Below, piece after piece: positions 44,812 to 56,926 of a DNA stretch of 64,000 bases. The stretch spans positions 18,552 through 82,551 of the forward strand of contig DASXCO010000064.1 of the NCBI GenBank assembly GCA_036491125.1, read 5' to 3'. The number at the start of each line of letters is the position of its first letter. Within the stretch, counting starts at the first letter, position 1. Under the pieces are notes generated by a model that saw only the letters and a list, made by a program, of their open reading frames with translations, did no database searches and was not told the DNA's origin. The DNA comes from Acidimicrobiales bacterium (GTDB taxonomy: Bacteria > Actinomycetota > Acidimicrobiia > Acidimicrobiales > AC-9). A program made the translations under genes and the position numbers.

Positions 44812-46511
44812 GAGTTGCGGGCCAGACCGGCAAGCACGGGCATGCCCGACGCCGCCGGCTCGAACACGTTCTGGTCAGCGAGGTACCCGAATGCCGAGGT
44901 CGTCCCCGCCGCTCCACCCTGGGCCCAGACGTACGGCGTCCAACCGATGCCCTTCGACTCCGCCCAGTTGATCACGTTCTGGTTGTAGGTCCCGCTGGCC
45001 GGATCGGGCCAGCCGAACTCGGTCAACATCACCGGTAGGCGCCCAGCCAGGGTGGTCCACTGGTTCAGCACAGGCGTCGGGTCATATGGGTTCGGCGTGG
45101 TGCAGCTGGGAGGAGGCGCCTGTGGGCACGTGTAGTAGTGGGCGGCGTACACGATGTTTGAGCCCGACAGGAGAGATGTGGCCGGAGGCGGCGTGTTGGC
45201 CCAGTTGTCGCCGCTCACGAAGATCAAGTTGTGAGCTCCCCTTCCCCGCACGGCGTTATAGAGCTGCTGCATGCCGGCGGCCTGCCAGGTCACCCCGTCG
45301 GAGTCGGTGAGCTGGCCGCCATTGCGCCACACGGCCCACGTGATGTCGTGGGGCTCGTTGTACAGGTCGAAGGCAACGAGAGGATTGTTCTTGTACCGGC
45401 TGGCAACCGACTTCCAGAAGTCGACCGAGCCCGGCGAGTCGGCCATGCGCTGTTGATTGGAGACGTGGTTGTCACAGGAGGTCCGGCCGTTGTTATGCAG
45501 ATCGAGCATCGCCACCATGCCCCGGGAGGTGATGGACTGCACGGCCTGGTCGACCGCCGCGGCGTAGCCCGGAGCGTAGAGGCAATCCTTGGAGTTCCAG
45601 AAGTTCTCGCTGAGAAGCACGCGCACGACGTTGGCACCCCACTGCTTCATGTGGGCGACGCTGTTGTCATCGAGTGGCGTCCCCGCCCAGATCGAGGAGT
45701 TCCAGTCCAGCCAGTCACTGTTCACGCCCCGCGGTGTCACGATCTGGTTGTTGGCGTCCTCGATCTTGTTCCCCGTCGTGTGCAACGGCCCGATGAGGTT
45801 CGTCGAGCCCGAGGCGTGCGTCGTGATCGAAGCGGTGTCCAGGTAGTGCGTCTCGCCTTGATCGGTGCCATAGGCGAGGACGCCGAGCTCCACGTAGGCA
45901 GTACCCGGAGGGGCGACACCGACCACGGGGTTGGTCTTGGACCAAGCTGCGGTCGTGTCCGGAGCGGCTTGCCCCCACACGACGTTGGTGACCGAGCCGC
46001 TAGAGGAGATGAAGCCGAGGATGGCGCCGACCGATCGGCCCCTCGTTGCCGCCTCGGACCAGGCCGAGCCGGTATAGACCTGTCCGGCCACCGCCGGCGT
46101 CCAGCTCCCAGGACCATTGCCCGACAGCGCGCCTTGGTTGGCTGGACCTGGTGCAGTCGTGGTTACGGCCAGCGCACCCGGTCCAGACTGAGTTGGACTC
46201 CCGACCTGCGTCACAGTGGCGTTCGAGCCAACCCATCCGCCCGTCGACTGGTCGAAGCTCGCATGGTCGCCGACAAGAAGATTGCCGGACTCCGTAGCTG
46301 CGCCCGCCGAGTTGGCCCCGCTCGTCGCAAGAGCTAGGAGCGAAGCCACGAGCAGACCAACGACCGCGACAACGGTGCCACGCGTGTGCAAGCTGTACGG
46401 CCGTCGACCTGGATTGCCCCGATCACGGGACCGTCCGGATGTGGATGCAGTCACAGGCCGGGCGTCACGTCGAAGGAGAATTTCACAAATACGTGCGAGA
46501 ACGCGAGACAC
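44808..46511 (-). CDS. GH5 endoglucanase (cellulase) with N-terminal CBM-like domain
   Basis: VRVLLSENFW...FDLYNEPH...AAHYY...VMLTEFGW (GH5 catalytic Glu motifs). Start set at GTG 46511 (GGAGG 5 nt upstream); TTG 46391 is the alternative. Stop shares a CTAG tetranucleotide with the regulator stop. Confidence 0.8.
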   Translation of the reverse strand: MSRVLARICEILLRRDARPVTASTSGRSRDRGNPGRRPYSLHTRGTVVAVVGLLVASLLALATSGANSAGAATESGNLLVGDHASFDQSTGGWVGSNATVTQVGSPTQSGPGALAVTTTAPGPANQGALSGNGPGSWTPAVAGQVYTGSAWSEAATRGRSVGAILGFISSSGSVTNVVWGQAAPDTTAAWSKTNPVVGVAPPGTAYVELGVLAYGTDQGETHYLDTASITTHASGSTNLIGPLHTTGNKIEDANNQIVTPRGVNSDWLDWNSSIWAGTPLDDNSVAHMKQWGANVVRVLLSENFWNSKDCLYAPGYAAAVDQAVQSITSRGMVAMLDLHNNGRTSCDNHVSNQQRMADSPGSVDFWKSVASRYKNNPLVAFDLYNEPHDITWAVWRNGGQLTDSDGVTWQAAGMQQLYNAVRGRGAHNLIFVSGDNWANTPPPATSLLSGSNIVYAAHYYTCPQAPPPSCTTPNPYDPTPVLNQWTTLAGRLPVMLTEFGWPDPASGTYNQNVINWAESKGIGWTPYVWAQGGAAGTTSAFGYLADQNVFEPAASGMPVLAGLARNS

Positions 46512-46691
46512 CGTTACCTCCCCCGTTCCCAGGACAGCGACGATAACGCGCGGGGCTGAAGAAGCTATGACATCGCAGCTGAACGTTCCGCCAGTCCAGC
46601 CGCCGCCGCGCTGGGCGGATAATCGCCTATGCGTAAGGGTATACCGTCCATGGTTCGGCGTGAACCCCAAACGGGCAATTCCCGCGACCCG

Positions 46692-47780
46692 TCAGCCCTC
46701 GCTGAAGACGATGATGCTGCGCGCCACCTCGCCCGCCTCCATGGCCCGGAAGGCGTCGTTCACGTCGTCGAGGGCGATGCGGCGGCTGATCAGGCGGTCC
46801 AGCTGGAGGCGTCCAGCCCGATCGAGCTCCAGCAGTCGGGGGAAGTCCCGATCCGGGTCGGCCGACCCGTACACGCACCCGAGAATGGATTTTGCGTCGA
46901 CGAACAGCTCCATGGCCGTGAAGGACACGTCCTCGTCCGGGCGCCCCGCACCAACGAGAACCGTCGTGCCACCCCGCCGCGTCATCCCGAACGCCTGCTT
47001 GATCGTCGGTGGCGAGCCCACCACCTCGAAGGCGAAGTCGACGCCTCGGCCTCCGGTCAGCTCCTGCACGGCGTCAACCGCATCGTTCTTGGACGCGTCC
47101 ACGACCTCGGTCGCACCCATGCTCCTTGCGAGCGAGAGCTTCTCGTACACCCGGTCCACCGCCACAACCGAGGTGGCTCCCGCCACCACGGCTCCCTGCA
47201 CCGCCGAGAGCCCGACGCCACCGCATCCCACCACGGCGACCGTCGACCCCGGAGGCACCCGGGCGGTGTTGATGACGGCACCGACGCCAGTGGTCACCGC
47301 GCAGCCCACCAGCGCGGCGACCTCGAGCGACAACGAGGAGTCGATCGGCACGACCGACCGCTCCAACACGAGCGTCCGCTCGGCGAACGTCGCCGTGCCC
47401 ATGCCGGCGAGCAGCGGTCTTCCCTCCCACGTCGCGTACGGCGCCGACAAGGCTTCGGTGAGGCCGCGCTCACAGAGGACGGGCTGGCCGCCGAGGCACC
47501 GAGCACAGGCCCGACAAGGTGGGATCCACGAGAGCACGACGTGATCACCGGGCTGCACACGGGTCACCGCCGACCCGACGGCTTCCACCACTCCGGACCC
47601 TTCGTGGCCGAGCACTGCTGGCAGCGGATAAGGGATCCCGCCGTTCTGCATCGAGAGGTCCGAGTGGCACACGCCGCTCGCCGCCACCCGCACCTGGACC
47701 TGGTGGGGTCCAGGCGACGCCAGGTCGATATCGGCGATCTGGAGCGGGGCTCCGACCTCGGGGAGCACCGCCGCCTTCAC
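46692..47780 (-). CDS. Zinc-dependent alcohol dehydrogenase (class III / mycothiol-formaldehyde-DH-like)
   Basis: GTG 47780 (SD GAGGTGG): KAAVL...GVCHSDLS...LGHEGSGVVEAVG..V......GDHVV...C..C..C......C...VVGCGGVGLS. Confidence 0.85.
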   Translation of the reverse strand: MKAAVLPEVGAPLQIADIDLASPGPHQVQVRVAASGVCHSDLSMQNGGIPYPLPAVLGHEGSGVVEAVGSAVTRVQPGDHVVLSWIPPCRACARCLGGQPVLCERGLTEALSAPYATWEGRPLLAGMGTATFAERTLVLERSVVPIDSSLSLEVAALVGCAVTTGVGAVINTARVPPGSTVAVVGCGGVGLSAVQGAVVAGATSVVAVDRVYEKLSLARSMGATEVVDASKNDAVDAVQELTGGRGVDFAFEVVGSPPTIKQAFGMTRRGGTTVLVGAGRPDEDVSFTAMELFVDAKSILGCVYGSADPDRDFPRLLELDRAGRLQLDRLISRRIALDDVNDAFRAMEAGEVARSIIVFSEG

Positions 47781-47979
47781 GCCGCCACCTCTACGAGATC
47801 GCCCGTCGGCAACGTCCACTGTGCCATCACTGCGCCGGATCGTAGGTGGGCGGTCCCCCGGCCACCAGCCGGGCCGGCGGCGGGGTTGGGGCCCGCCGCA
47901 GCAGGACGGCCGGTGAAGCCGCAGCAGATAGCCTAATTGGGATGAGCACCAGCTCGACAGCGGCCGACCGAAGGCTCCC

Positions 47980-48171
47980 ATGAGCTCCGCTGAGGATCCC
48001 AAGCTGGACGCCGAGGTACCCGAGGCGGACGCCCTCGATCAGCGACGCGAGGTCAGCGACGACGAGTTCGACGAGGCACCGCACCTCGGCAACGAGGTCC
48101 CCGAGGCCGACGCCCTCGAGCAGGCCAGGACGGTACCCCTCGACGAGGACGACGAGCACGAGGCCGGCTGA
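47980..48171 (+). CDS. Small acidic protein with duplicated EVPEADAL(D/E)Q motif (63 aa)
   Basis: ORF track. SD GAAGG; G/C-ending codons. Motif occurs twice: EVPEADALDQ and EVPEADALEQ. Confidence 0.55.
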   Translation: MSSAEDPKLDAEVPEADALDQRREVSDDEFDEAPHLGNEVPEADALEQARTVPLDEDDEHEAG

Positions 48172-48283
48172 CGCGCGCCGGCCTGTCGGGTTCGGGGCGA
48201 GGTTCGGCCGCTGGCGGGTAGCCTGGTTGTAGCCACTTCGGCGCTGGTCATGCGCAAGGAGCCGCGACCAGTTCCCGAATGGA

Positions 48284-48967
48284 GTGAGGGCGACGGCATT
48301 TCAGGATCGATTCGATGCCGGCACGACTCTGGCGACACACCTCGCCGCCTACGCCGGTCGCAACGACGTGGTCGTGCTCGCCCTACCGCGGGGTGGGGTC
48401 CCGGTCGGCTTCGAGGTGGCGAAGGCGCTGCAGGCTCCGCTCGACGTGTTCCTGGTCCGCAAGCTGGGCGTTCCGGGCCGCGAGGAGCTGGCCATGGGCG
48501 CCATCGCCAGCGGCGGCGTCCAGGTCGTGAACGACGACGTGGTGGAGGCGCTCGACGTCCCACCCGAGCGCCTCGCGGCGGTGGCCGCTGCCGAGGAGCA
48601 GGAGCTGGAACGCCGCCTGCGGGCGTACCGGTCGGACATGCCACCGCCCGACGTGAAGGGCAAGATCGCCATCCTCGTCGACGACGGGCTGGCCACGGGA
48701 TCGAGCATGCGGGCAGCGGTGCAGGCCCTCCGCCGTCTTGATCCGGCCCGTGTCGTGGTGGCCGTACCGACCGCCGCCGCCGAGACCTGCGAGCGGTTGG
48801 CGGTCGAGGCCGACGAGGTGGTCTGTGCATCGACGCCACGTCCCTTCCACGCCGTGGGTCTCTCGTACCGCGACTTCGCGCAGACCACCGACGCCGAGGT
48901 CAGCGACCTGCTTCGGCGCGCCGCCTCAGGGGCCGCAGGACCGGGGCCGCCCGCCACCAGGTCCTGA
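48284..48967 (+). CDS. Phosphoribosyltransferase family protein
   Basis: FQDRFDAGTTLATHL......VVLALPRGGVPVG.EVA.AL.APLDV...RKLG.P...ELA.GA...ILVDDGLATGSSM. Confidence 0.8.
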   Translation: MRATAFQDRFDAGTTLATHLAAYAGRNDVVVLALPRGGVPVGFEVAKALQAPLDVFLVRKLGVPGREELAMGAIASGGVQVVNDDVVEALDVPPERLAAVAAAEEQELERRLRAYRSDMPPPDVKGKIAILVDDGLATGSSMRAAVQALRRLDPARVVVAVPTAAAETCERLAVEADEVVCASTPRPFHAVGLSYRDFAQTTDAEVSDLLRRAASGAAGPGPPATRS

Positions 48968-49086
48968 CCCTCTGTCAGCGATGCACCGGGGTGGCGCCTA
49001 CACTTCGGCTCAGGGAAGCTGACTCGAACGTCAGATCCGGCCCCCACCAGCGACAGAGACCCATAGACCCCAAGACCGAAGGTCCG

Positions 49087-50505
49087 ATGCGAGGAATCCT
49101 CAGCTTCAGCAGTTACGTGCCGTATCGACGCCTGGCTCGCTCCGCCATCGCCGAGCTGCTCGGCGGAGCCCCCGCCAAGGGCACCAGGTCGGTGGCCTCC
49201 TACGACGAGGACACCACGACCATGGGGGTGGAGGCGGCTCGCCTGGCCCTCGACGGGACCTCCCCCGGACAGCAGCCGGACGAGCTGTGGTTCGCCACCG
49301 CAACGCCGGCCTACCTGGACAAGACGAACGCCACCGCCATCCACGCCGCCCTGCGGTTGGACTCCGATCGGCCCGCGATCGACATGGGCGGCGCCGTTCG
49401 CTCGGGCGTTGGTGCACTGCGGGCCGCCCTGGACAGCAGCCGCTCGGTCCTCGTGGTGTCCTCGGACATGCGGACGGGACTCCCCTCCGGCGCGGACGAG
49501 TCCTCGGGCGGCGACGGCGCCGCAGCCTTCCTGGTCGGAAGCGAGTCGGATGGACCGGTGCTGGCCACTCACCTGGGCGGGGCCTCTGCCACCGAGGAGT
49601 TCACCGATCGCTGGCGGGCACCTGGCGATGTTCGCTCGAAGGTGTGGGAGGAGCGCTTCGGCGAGACCGCCTACCTTCCGCTCGGCGAGCAGGCCTGGAA
49701 CAACGCCCTCAAGGCGTCGTCGATCACGGCCGAGCAGGTCGACCGGCTCGTCGTAACCGGCACCCACGGCCGGGCGGTGCGCCAGCTCGCCAACCGCCTG
49801 GGCACGCCCAAGGAGACGCTCGTCGACGACCTGTCAGCGACCGTGGGCAACACCGGCACCGCCCACCCTGGCCTGCTGCTCGCCTCGGCCCTCGAGGGGG
49901 CCCGACCGGGTCAGGTCATCGCCCTCGTCGTGCTCGCCGACGGCGCCGATGTGCTGCTGTTCCGCGCCGGCGACGCCCTGTCGTCGTTCACGCCGGCGCG
50001 GCCGGTAGCCGCCCAGGTCGAAGCGGGCGGGAGCGTCCCTTACGGCAAGTTCCTGAGCTGGCGGGGGCTGCTGCCCGTGGAGCCGCCCCGCCGGCCTGAG
50101 CCCGAGCGGGTCTCGTCATCGGCCGCCGCCCGCAGCGAGGAGTGGAAGTTCGCCTTCGTGGGCTCGCGCGACCGCTCGAGCGGCGCGATCCATCTACCAC
50201 CCGCCCGGATCTCTATGAAGGGCGACGCGGTCGACGACATGGACCCGATTCCGATGGCAGACATACCTGCCACGGTTGTCACCTTCACAGTCGACCGGCT
50301 CGTCTATTCGCAGAGTCCGCCAGTGGTGTTCGCGGTCGTCGACTTCGACGGTGGCGGACGATTCGCGTGCGAGCTCACCGACGTCGACGCTGAGGAACTG
50401 TCCATCGGGGACCGGGTCGAGATGACGTTCCGCCGGCTCAACACCGCCGATGGAATCCACAACTATTTTTGGAAGGCCCGACCCATTCGGATCCCAAGGA
50501 GCTGA
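49087..50505 (+). CDS. HMG-CoA-synthase/FabH-like thiolase-fold domain fused to OB-fold DUF35 domain
   Basis: Internal ATG 49087 (SD GAAGG): MRGILSFSSYVPYRRL...SYDEDTTTMGVEAARLAL...AIDMGGAVRSGVGALRAAL...GDGAAAFLV...VGNTGTAHPGLLLAS. C-terminal part: KFAFVGSRDRSSGAIHLPPARISM...VVFAVVDFDGGGRFACELTD...GDRVEMTFRR (DUF35-like). Confidence 0.75.
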   Translation: MRGILSFSSYVPYRRLARSAIAELLGGAPAKGTRSVASYDEDTTTMGVEAARLALDGTSPGQQPDELWFATATPAYLDKTNATAIHAALRLDSDRPAIDMGGAVRSGVGALRAALDSSRSVLVVSSDMRTGLPSGADESSGGDGAAAFLVGSESDGPVLATHLGGASATEEFTDRWRAPGDVRSKVWEERFGETAYLPLGEQAWNNALKASSITAEQVDRLVVTGTHGRAVRQLANRLGTPKETLVDDLSATVGNTGTAHPGLLLASALEGARPGQVIALVVLADGADVLLFRAGDALSSFTPARPVAAQVEAGGSVPYGKFLSWRGLLPVEPPRRPEPERVSSSAAARSEEWKFAFVGSRDRSSGAIHLPPARISMKGDAVDDMDPIPMADIPATVVTFTVDRLVYSQSPPVVFAVVDFDGGGRFACELTDVDAEELSIGDRVEMTFRRLNTADGIHNYFWKARPIRIPRS

Positions 50506-50508
50506 TCA

Positions 50509-51708
50509 GTGGCATCACACGGCATCAAGGACCAGGTGGCCATCGTCGGGATGGGGTGCACGCCCTTCCGCGAGCACTGGGGCAAGAGCACCGATGACAT
50601 GCTGGTGGACGCGGCGCAGGAGACCTTCGCCTCTGCGGGAGTCGAGAAGGCCGCCGTGGACGCCTACTGGCTCGGGACCGCCATGTCAGGGATGAGCGGG
50701 ATCGCCCTGGCTCGCCCGCTCAAGCTCCACGACAAGCCCGTCACCCACGTGGAGAATTTCTGCGCGACCGGCTCCGAGGCCCTCCGTGGCGCGGCGTACG
50801 CGGTGGCTTCTGGCGCGTACGACGTGGCGATGGCCATTGGGGTCGAGAAGGTGAAGGACGGCGGGTACCAGGGCCTGAGCGGAGCGGGCAAGGCTCCGAC
50901 GGACGGCACCGGCCGGTCGCTCACCGCGGCCGCGATGTTCAGCCTCGTCGCCCCTGCATACGCCAAGAAGTACGGCGTCGACGAGACCGAGCTCAAGGAC
51001 GTGCTCGCTCGCATCGCCTGGAAGAACCACTTCAACGGGGCCCGCAACCCGCGGGCCCAGTTCCGCCGGGAGGTCGCCCAGGACGTGATCTGCAACATGC
51101 CCCGGGTGGCGGGGCCTCTCGGGGTGTACGACTGTGCTGGAGTGGCCGACGGCGCCGCGGCCGCGATCGTGGTGCGGGCCGAGGACGCCCACCGGTACAC
51201 GGACCGGCCGATCTACGTGAAGGCGCTGTCGCTCGTGGCCGGCACCGGCTCGGGTGTCATCGACCCGGAGTACGACTTCACCTACTTCCCCGAGGTCGAG
51301 CGGTGCGCCGCCGACGCCTACCGGCAGGCGGGCGTCACCGATCCGCGCCGCCAGCTCGCCATGGCCGAGGTCCACGACTGCTTCACGCCGACCGAGCTCG
51401 TCCTCATGGAGGACCTGGGCTTCGCCGAGCGGGGGACGGCGTGGAAGGAGGAGCTGGCCGGCAGCTTCGACCTGGATGGCGACCTACCCGTCAACCCCGA
51501 TGGCGGGCTGAAGAGCTTCGGCCACCCGGTCGGAGCGTCGGGGCTGCGCATGATGTTCGAGTGCTGGCTCCAGCTCCGGGGCGAGGCCCCGGACGAGCGT
51601 CGCGTCGCCTCGGCCGCCGATCGCGGCCTGGCGCTCACCCACAACCTCGGCGGCTACCCGGGCGAGATGGTCTCGTTCGTGGGCGTCGTGGGCTCGCAGC
51701 CCGGCTGA
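50509..51708 (+). CDS. SCP-x / nonspecific lipid-transfer-type thiolase
   Basis: VAIVGMGCTPF...VENFCATGSEALRGAAYAVASGAYDVAMAIGVEKV...HDCFT..EL...GGLKSFGHPVGASG. GTG has SD AGGAG; starts 3 nt after the upstream stop. Confidence 0.85.
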   Translation: MASHGIKDQVAIVGMGCTPFREHWGKSTDDMLVDAAQETFASAGVEKAAVDAYWLGTAMSGMSGIALARPLKLHDKPVTHVENFCATGSEALRGAAYAVASGAYDVAMAIGVEKVKDGGYQGLSGAGKAPTDGTGRSLTAAAMFSLVAPAYAKKYGVDETELKDVLARIAWKNHFNGARNPRAQFRREVAQDVICNMPRVAGPLGVYDCAGVADGAAAAIVVRAEDAHRYTDRPIYVKALSLVAGTGSGVIDPEYDFTYFPEVERCAADAYRQAGVTDPRRQLAMAEVHDCFTPTELVLMEDLGFAERGTAWKEELAGSFDLDGDLPVNPDGGLKSFGHPVGASGLRMMFECWLQLRGEAPDERRVASAADRGLALTHNLGGYPGEMVSFVGVVGSQPG

Positions 51709-51756
51709 TCGGCACCAGCTCCACGACGGGTTCCTGGGGGCGGTGGGGACCCTCCC

Positions 51757-53376
51757 GTGCCTGACGCCGTCGTGATCGGGGCCGGCCCCAACGGTCTGGT
51801 GGCCGGCAACGTCCTGGCCGACGCCGGCTGGTCGGTCGTGGTCCTCGAAGCCCAGCCCGAGCCCGGCGGCGCGGTGCGAACCGAGGAGCTGACACGCCCG
51901 GGCTTCCGCCACGATCTGTTCAGCGCCTTCTACCCCCTGGCGGTGGCGTCACCAGTGCTGCGGTCGATGAATCTCGACCACCACGGCCTGCATTGGTGCC
52001 GGGCGCCGATCGCGCTGGCCCACCCGACGCCCGACGGGCGCTGTGCGTACGTGGCTGGCGGCGTGGACGAGACCGCCGCCTCCATCGACTCGTACCAGCC
52101 CGGAGACGGGGAGAGTTGGCGACGGCTGTACGCGCAGTGGGAGGTGGTTCACGAGCCGCTCCTGGGCGCCCTCCTCTCGACATTCCCACCCCTGCGCCAC
52201 GGCCTTCGTCTGGCGACGACGCTAGGTCCGGCCGGGCTGGTGCGCTTCGCCCGCTTCGCCACGCTCCCGGTGCGCCGGCTGGCCGAGGAGGAGTTCGCCG
52301 GAGCTGGGGGTGGTCTGTTGCTGGCCGGCAACGCTCTTCACGGCGACTTCAGTCCGGAGGCGACACTCGGCGGGTTCTTCGGCTGGTTGCTGGCTTGCCT
52401 CGCCCAGCAGGTGGGTTTCCCGGTCCCCGAGGGTGGTGCGTCCGAGCTGGCCCGCTCGCTGGTGCAACGACTGGACGCCCGTGGTGGGACGGTCGAATGC
52501 GATACCCGGGTCAGCGGCATCGTCGTGCGCAAGGGCCGAGCGCGGGGCGTCACGCTCGCTGGCGGCGGTGATATCGTCGCCACCCGGGCGGTCCTGGCCG
52601 ACGTCGACGCCCCGACCCTCTACCTCGACCTGTTGGAGCCCGAGCACGTCCCGTCGCGGGTGCTCGACGACATCGGGCGCTTTCACTGGGACCCATCGAC
52701 GATCAAGGTCGACTGGGCCCTCGACGGGCCCGTCCCGTGGGAGGCGGAGCCGGCCAGGCGCGCCGGCACCGTCCACGTGTCCGACAGCATGGACCAGCTC
52801 ACGCAATGGTCGGCCGACCTGGCCAAGGGGCTCGTACCGGCCGAGCCGTTTCTCATCTTCGGCCAGCAGAGCCTGGCCGACCCCACTCGCTGCCCGCCGG
52901 GAACGGCCACGGCCTGGTCGTACACCCGGGTGCCTCGCCGGACTCGCGGTGACGCCGGCGGCGACCTCACCGGCGCCTGGACGCCGGCGGACCTGGGGGC
53001 GTTCGCCGACCGCATGGAGGCGCGGGTGGAAGCGCTGGCTCCGGGCTTCCGGGGCCTGGTCCGGGGGCGACACGTCACCGGTCCGGCCCAGATGGAGGCG
53101 GCCGACAGCAGCCTTCGCGGCGGCGCCATCAACGGGGGCACCGCGCAACTGCACCAGCAGCTCGTGTTCCGACCCACGCCCGGTATGGCGCGGCCCGAGA
53201 CGCCGGTCACCGGCCTCTTCCTGGCTTCCTCCTCGGCCCACCCGGGCGGCGGAGTACACGGGGCCCCCGGCGCCAACGCAGCGCACGCCGCCCTTGCCGC
53301 CGAAGGATGGCGCGAGCTGCCGGCGCGGGCAGCGCGGCAAGCGCGGCACTTGCTCGATCGGCGGGGGGTTGGATAG
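51757..53376 (+). CDS. Phytoene-desaturase-family (CrtI-like) FAD/NAD(P)-dependent oxidoreductase
   Basis: DAVVIGAGPNGLVAGNVLADAGWSVVVLEAQPEPGGAVRT...GLFLASSSAHPGGGVHGAPG. Confidence 0.8.
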   Translation: MPDAVVIGAGPNGLVAGNVLADAGWSVVVLEAQPEPGGAVRTEELTRPGFRHDLFSAFYPLAVASPVLRSMNLDHHGLHWCRAPIALAHPTPDGRCAYVAGGVDETAASIDSYQPGDGESWRRLYAQWEVVHEPLLGALLSTFPPLRHGLRLATTLGPAGLVRFARFATLPVRRLAEEEFAGAGGGLLLAGNALHGDFSPEATLGGFFGWLLACLAQQVGFPVPEGGASELARSLVQRLDARGGTVECDTRVSGIVVRKGRARGVTLAGGGDIVATRAVLADVDAPTLYLDLLEPEHVPSRVLDDIGRFHWDPSTIKVDWALDGPVPWEAEPARRAGTVHVSDSMDQLTQWSADLAKGLVPAEPFLIFGQQSLADPTRCPPGTATAWSYTRVPRRTRGDAGGDLTGAWTPADLGAFADRMEARVEALAPGFRGLVRGRHVTGPAQMEAADSSLRGGAINGGTAQLHQQLVFRPTPGMARPETPVTGLFLASSSAHPGGGVHGAPGANAAHAALAAEGWRELPARAARQARHLLDRRGVG

Positions 53377-53394
53377 GAGCTACGGTTCGGCGCG

Positions 53395-53859
53395 GTGGAC
53401 CTGGCTGCTGCCACCGCACGCGATCACGACGAGCTCTTCGCCGCCTTCGCCCGCATCGTGGACGCCCGAGAGGGATTCCCGCAGGCACCTCCGCTCGATC
53501 GGGCAGGGTTCCACGACTACTGGTTGGCTCGCTCCGCCGCCGTGGTGGTGGCGCGAGAACGCGGTGAGCTGGTGGGCGCCTACTACGTGAAGGCGAACTT
53601 CGTGGGACGGGCCGCCCACATCGCCAACGCCGGGTACTTCGTCATCGCCGAGCACCGGGGAACCGGGATCGGCCGGGCGCTCGTCGAGCACTCCATGAGC
53701 GAGGCCCGTCGCCTCGGCTTCGACGCGGTGCTGTTCAATCTCGTGTTCGAGTCCAACCCGGCGCGCCGCCTCTACGAATCCATGGGGTTCACGGTCGTCG
53801 GCCGCGTACCGGCAGCGGTCGACGGTGAGGACGCACTCGTCTACTGGCGCCAGCTGTAG
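53395..53859 (+). CDS. GNAT family N-acetyltransferase
   Basis: FVIAEHRGTGIGRALVEHSMSEARRLGFDAVLFNLVFESNPARRLYESMGF. Confidence 0.8.
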   Translation: MDLAAATARDHDELFAAFARIVDAREGFPQAPPLDRAGFHDYWLARSAAVVVARERGELVGAYYVKANFVGRAAHIANAGYFVIAEHRGTGIGRALVEHSMSEARRLGFDAVLFNLVFESNPARRLYESMGFTVVGRVPAAVDGEDALVYWRQL

Positions 53860-53875
53860 CGGCGGAGCGCGACCG

Positions 53876-56716
<2,841 letters not shown>

Positions 56717-56820
56717 CTGTTCCTCCTGCCGTCCTCGGTGCGGCCTGTCGGGGCCCTGGAGGCAACCTACCCCCGGCCCCGGTGCACCGCCGCAGGCGGG
56801 ACCGGGCGCACCGGCGCCGT

Positions 56821-56851
56821 TTGACACCGGGGCCGTGTGACTCGTTAGCCT
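56821..56851 (+). promoter_or_regulatory. Promoter candidate for the NlpC/P60 gene (TTGACA, 18-19 nt spacer, TAGCCT)
   Basis: TTGACAccggggccgtgtgactcgtTAGCCT. The spacer is slightly long; about 75 nt upstream of the first possible start. Confidence 0.25.
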
Positions 56852-56926
56852 CTCCAATATCGATCGGTGACGGCTGGGGGTCTTGGGGTCCGCCACCACA
56901 ACGAGCTCGAAGTGGGGTACGAGCGC

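Noticed and set aside
46392-46691. CebR/CelR-type cellulase operator (TGGGAGCGCTCCCA) or a small gene upstream of the GH5 cellulase
   Set aside because: No such palindrome is seen. The only SD-supported start (GTG 46511) simply extends the GH5 ORF, so part of this gap is probably coding N-terminus.
56717-56926. ydaO/c-di-AMP riboswitch upstream of the NlpC/P60 gene
   Set aside because: Some GGGG-rich blocks are present, but none of the ACCCGA...CAGCUAAC-type 3' half is visible, and the region is too short after the candidate promoter.
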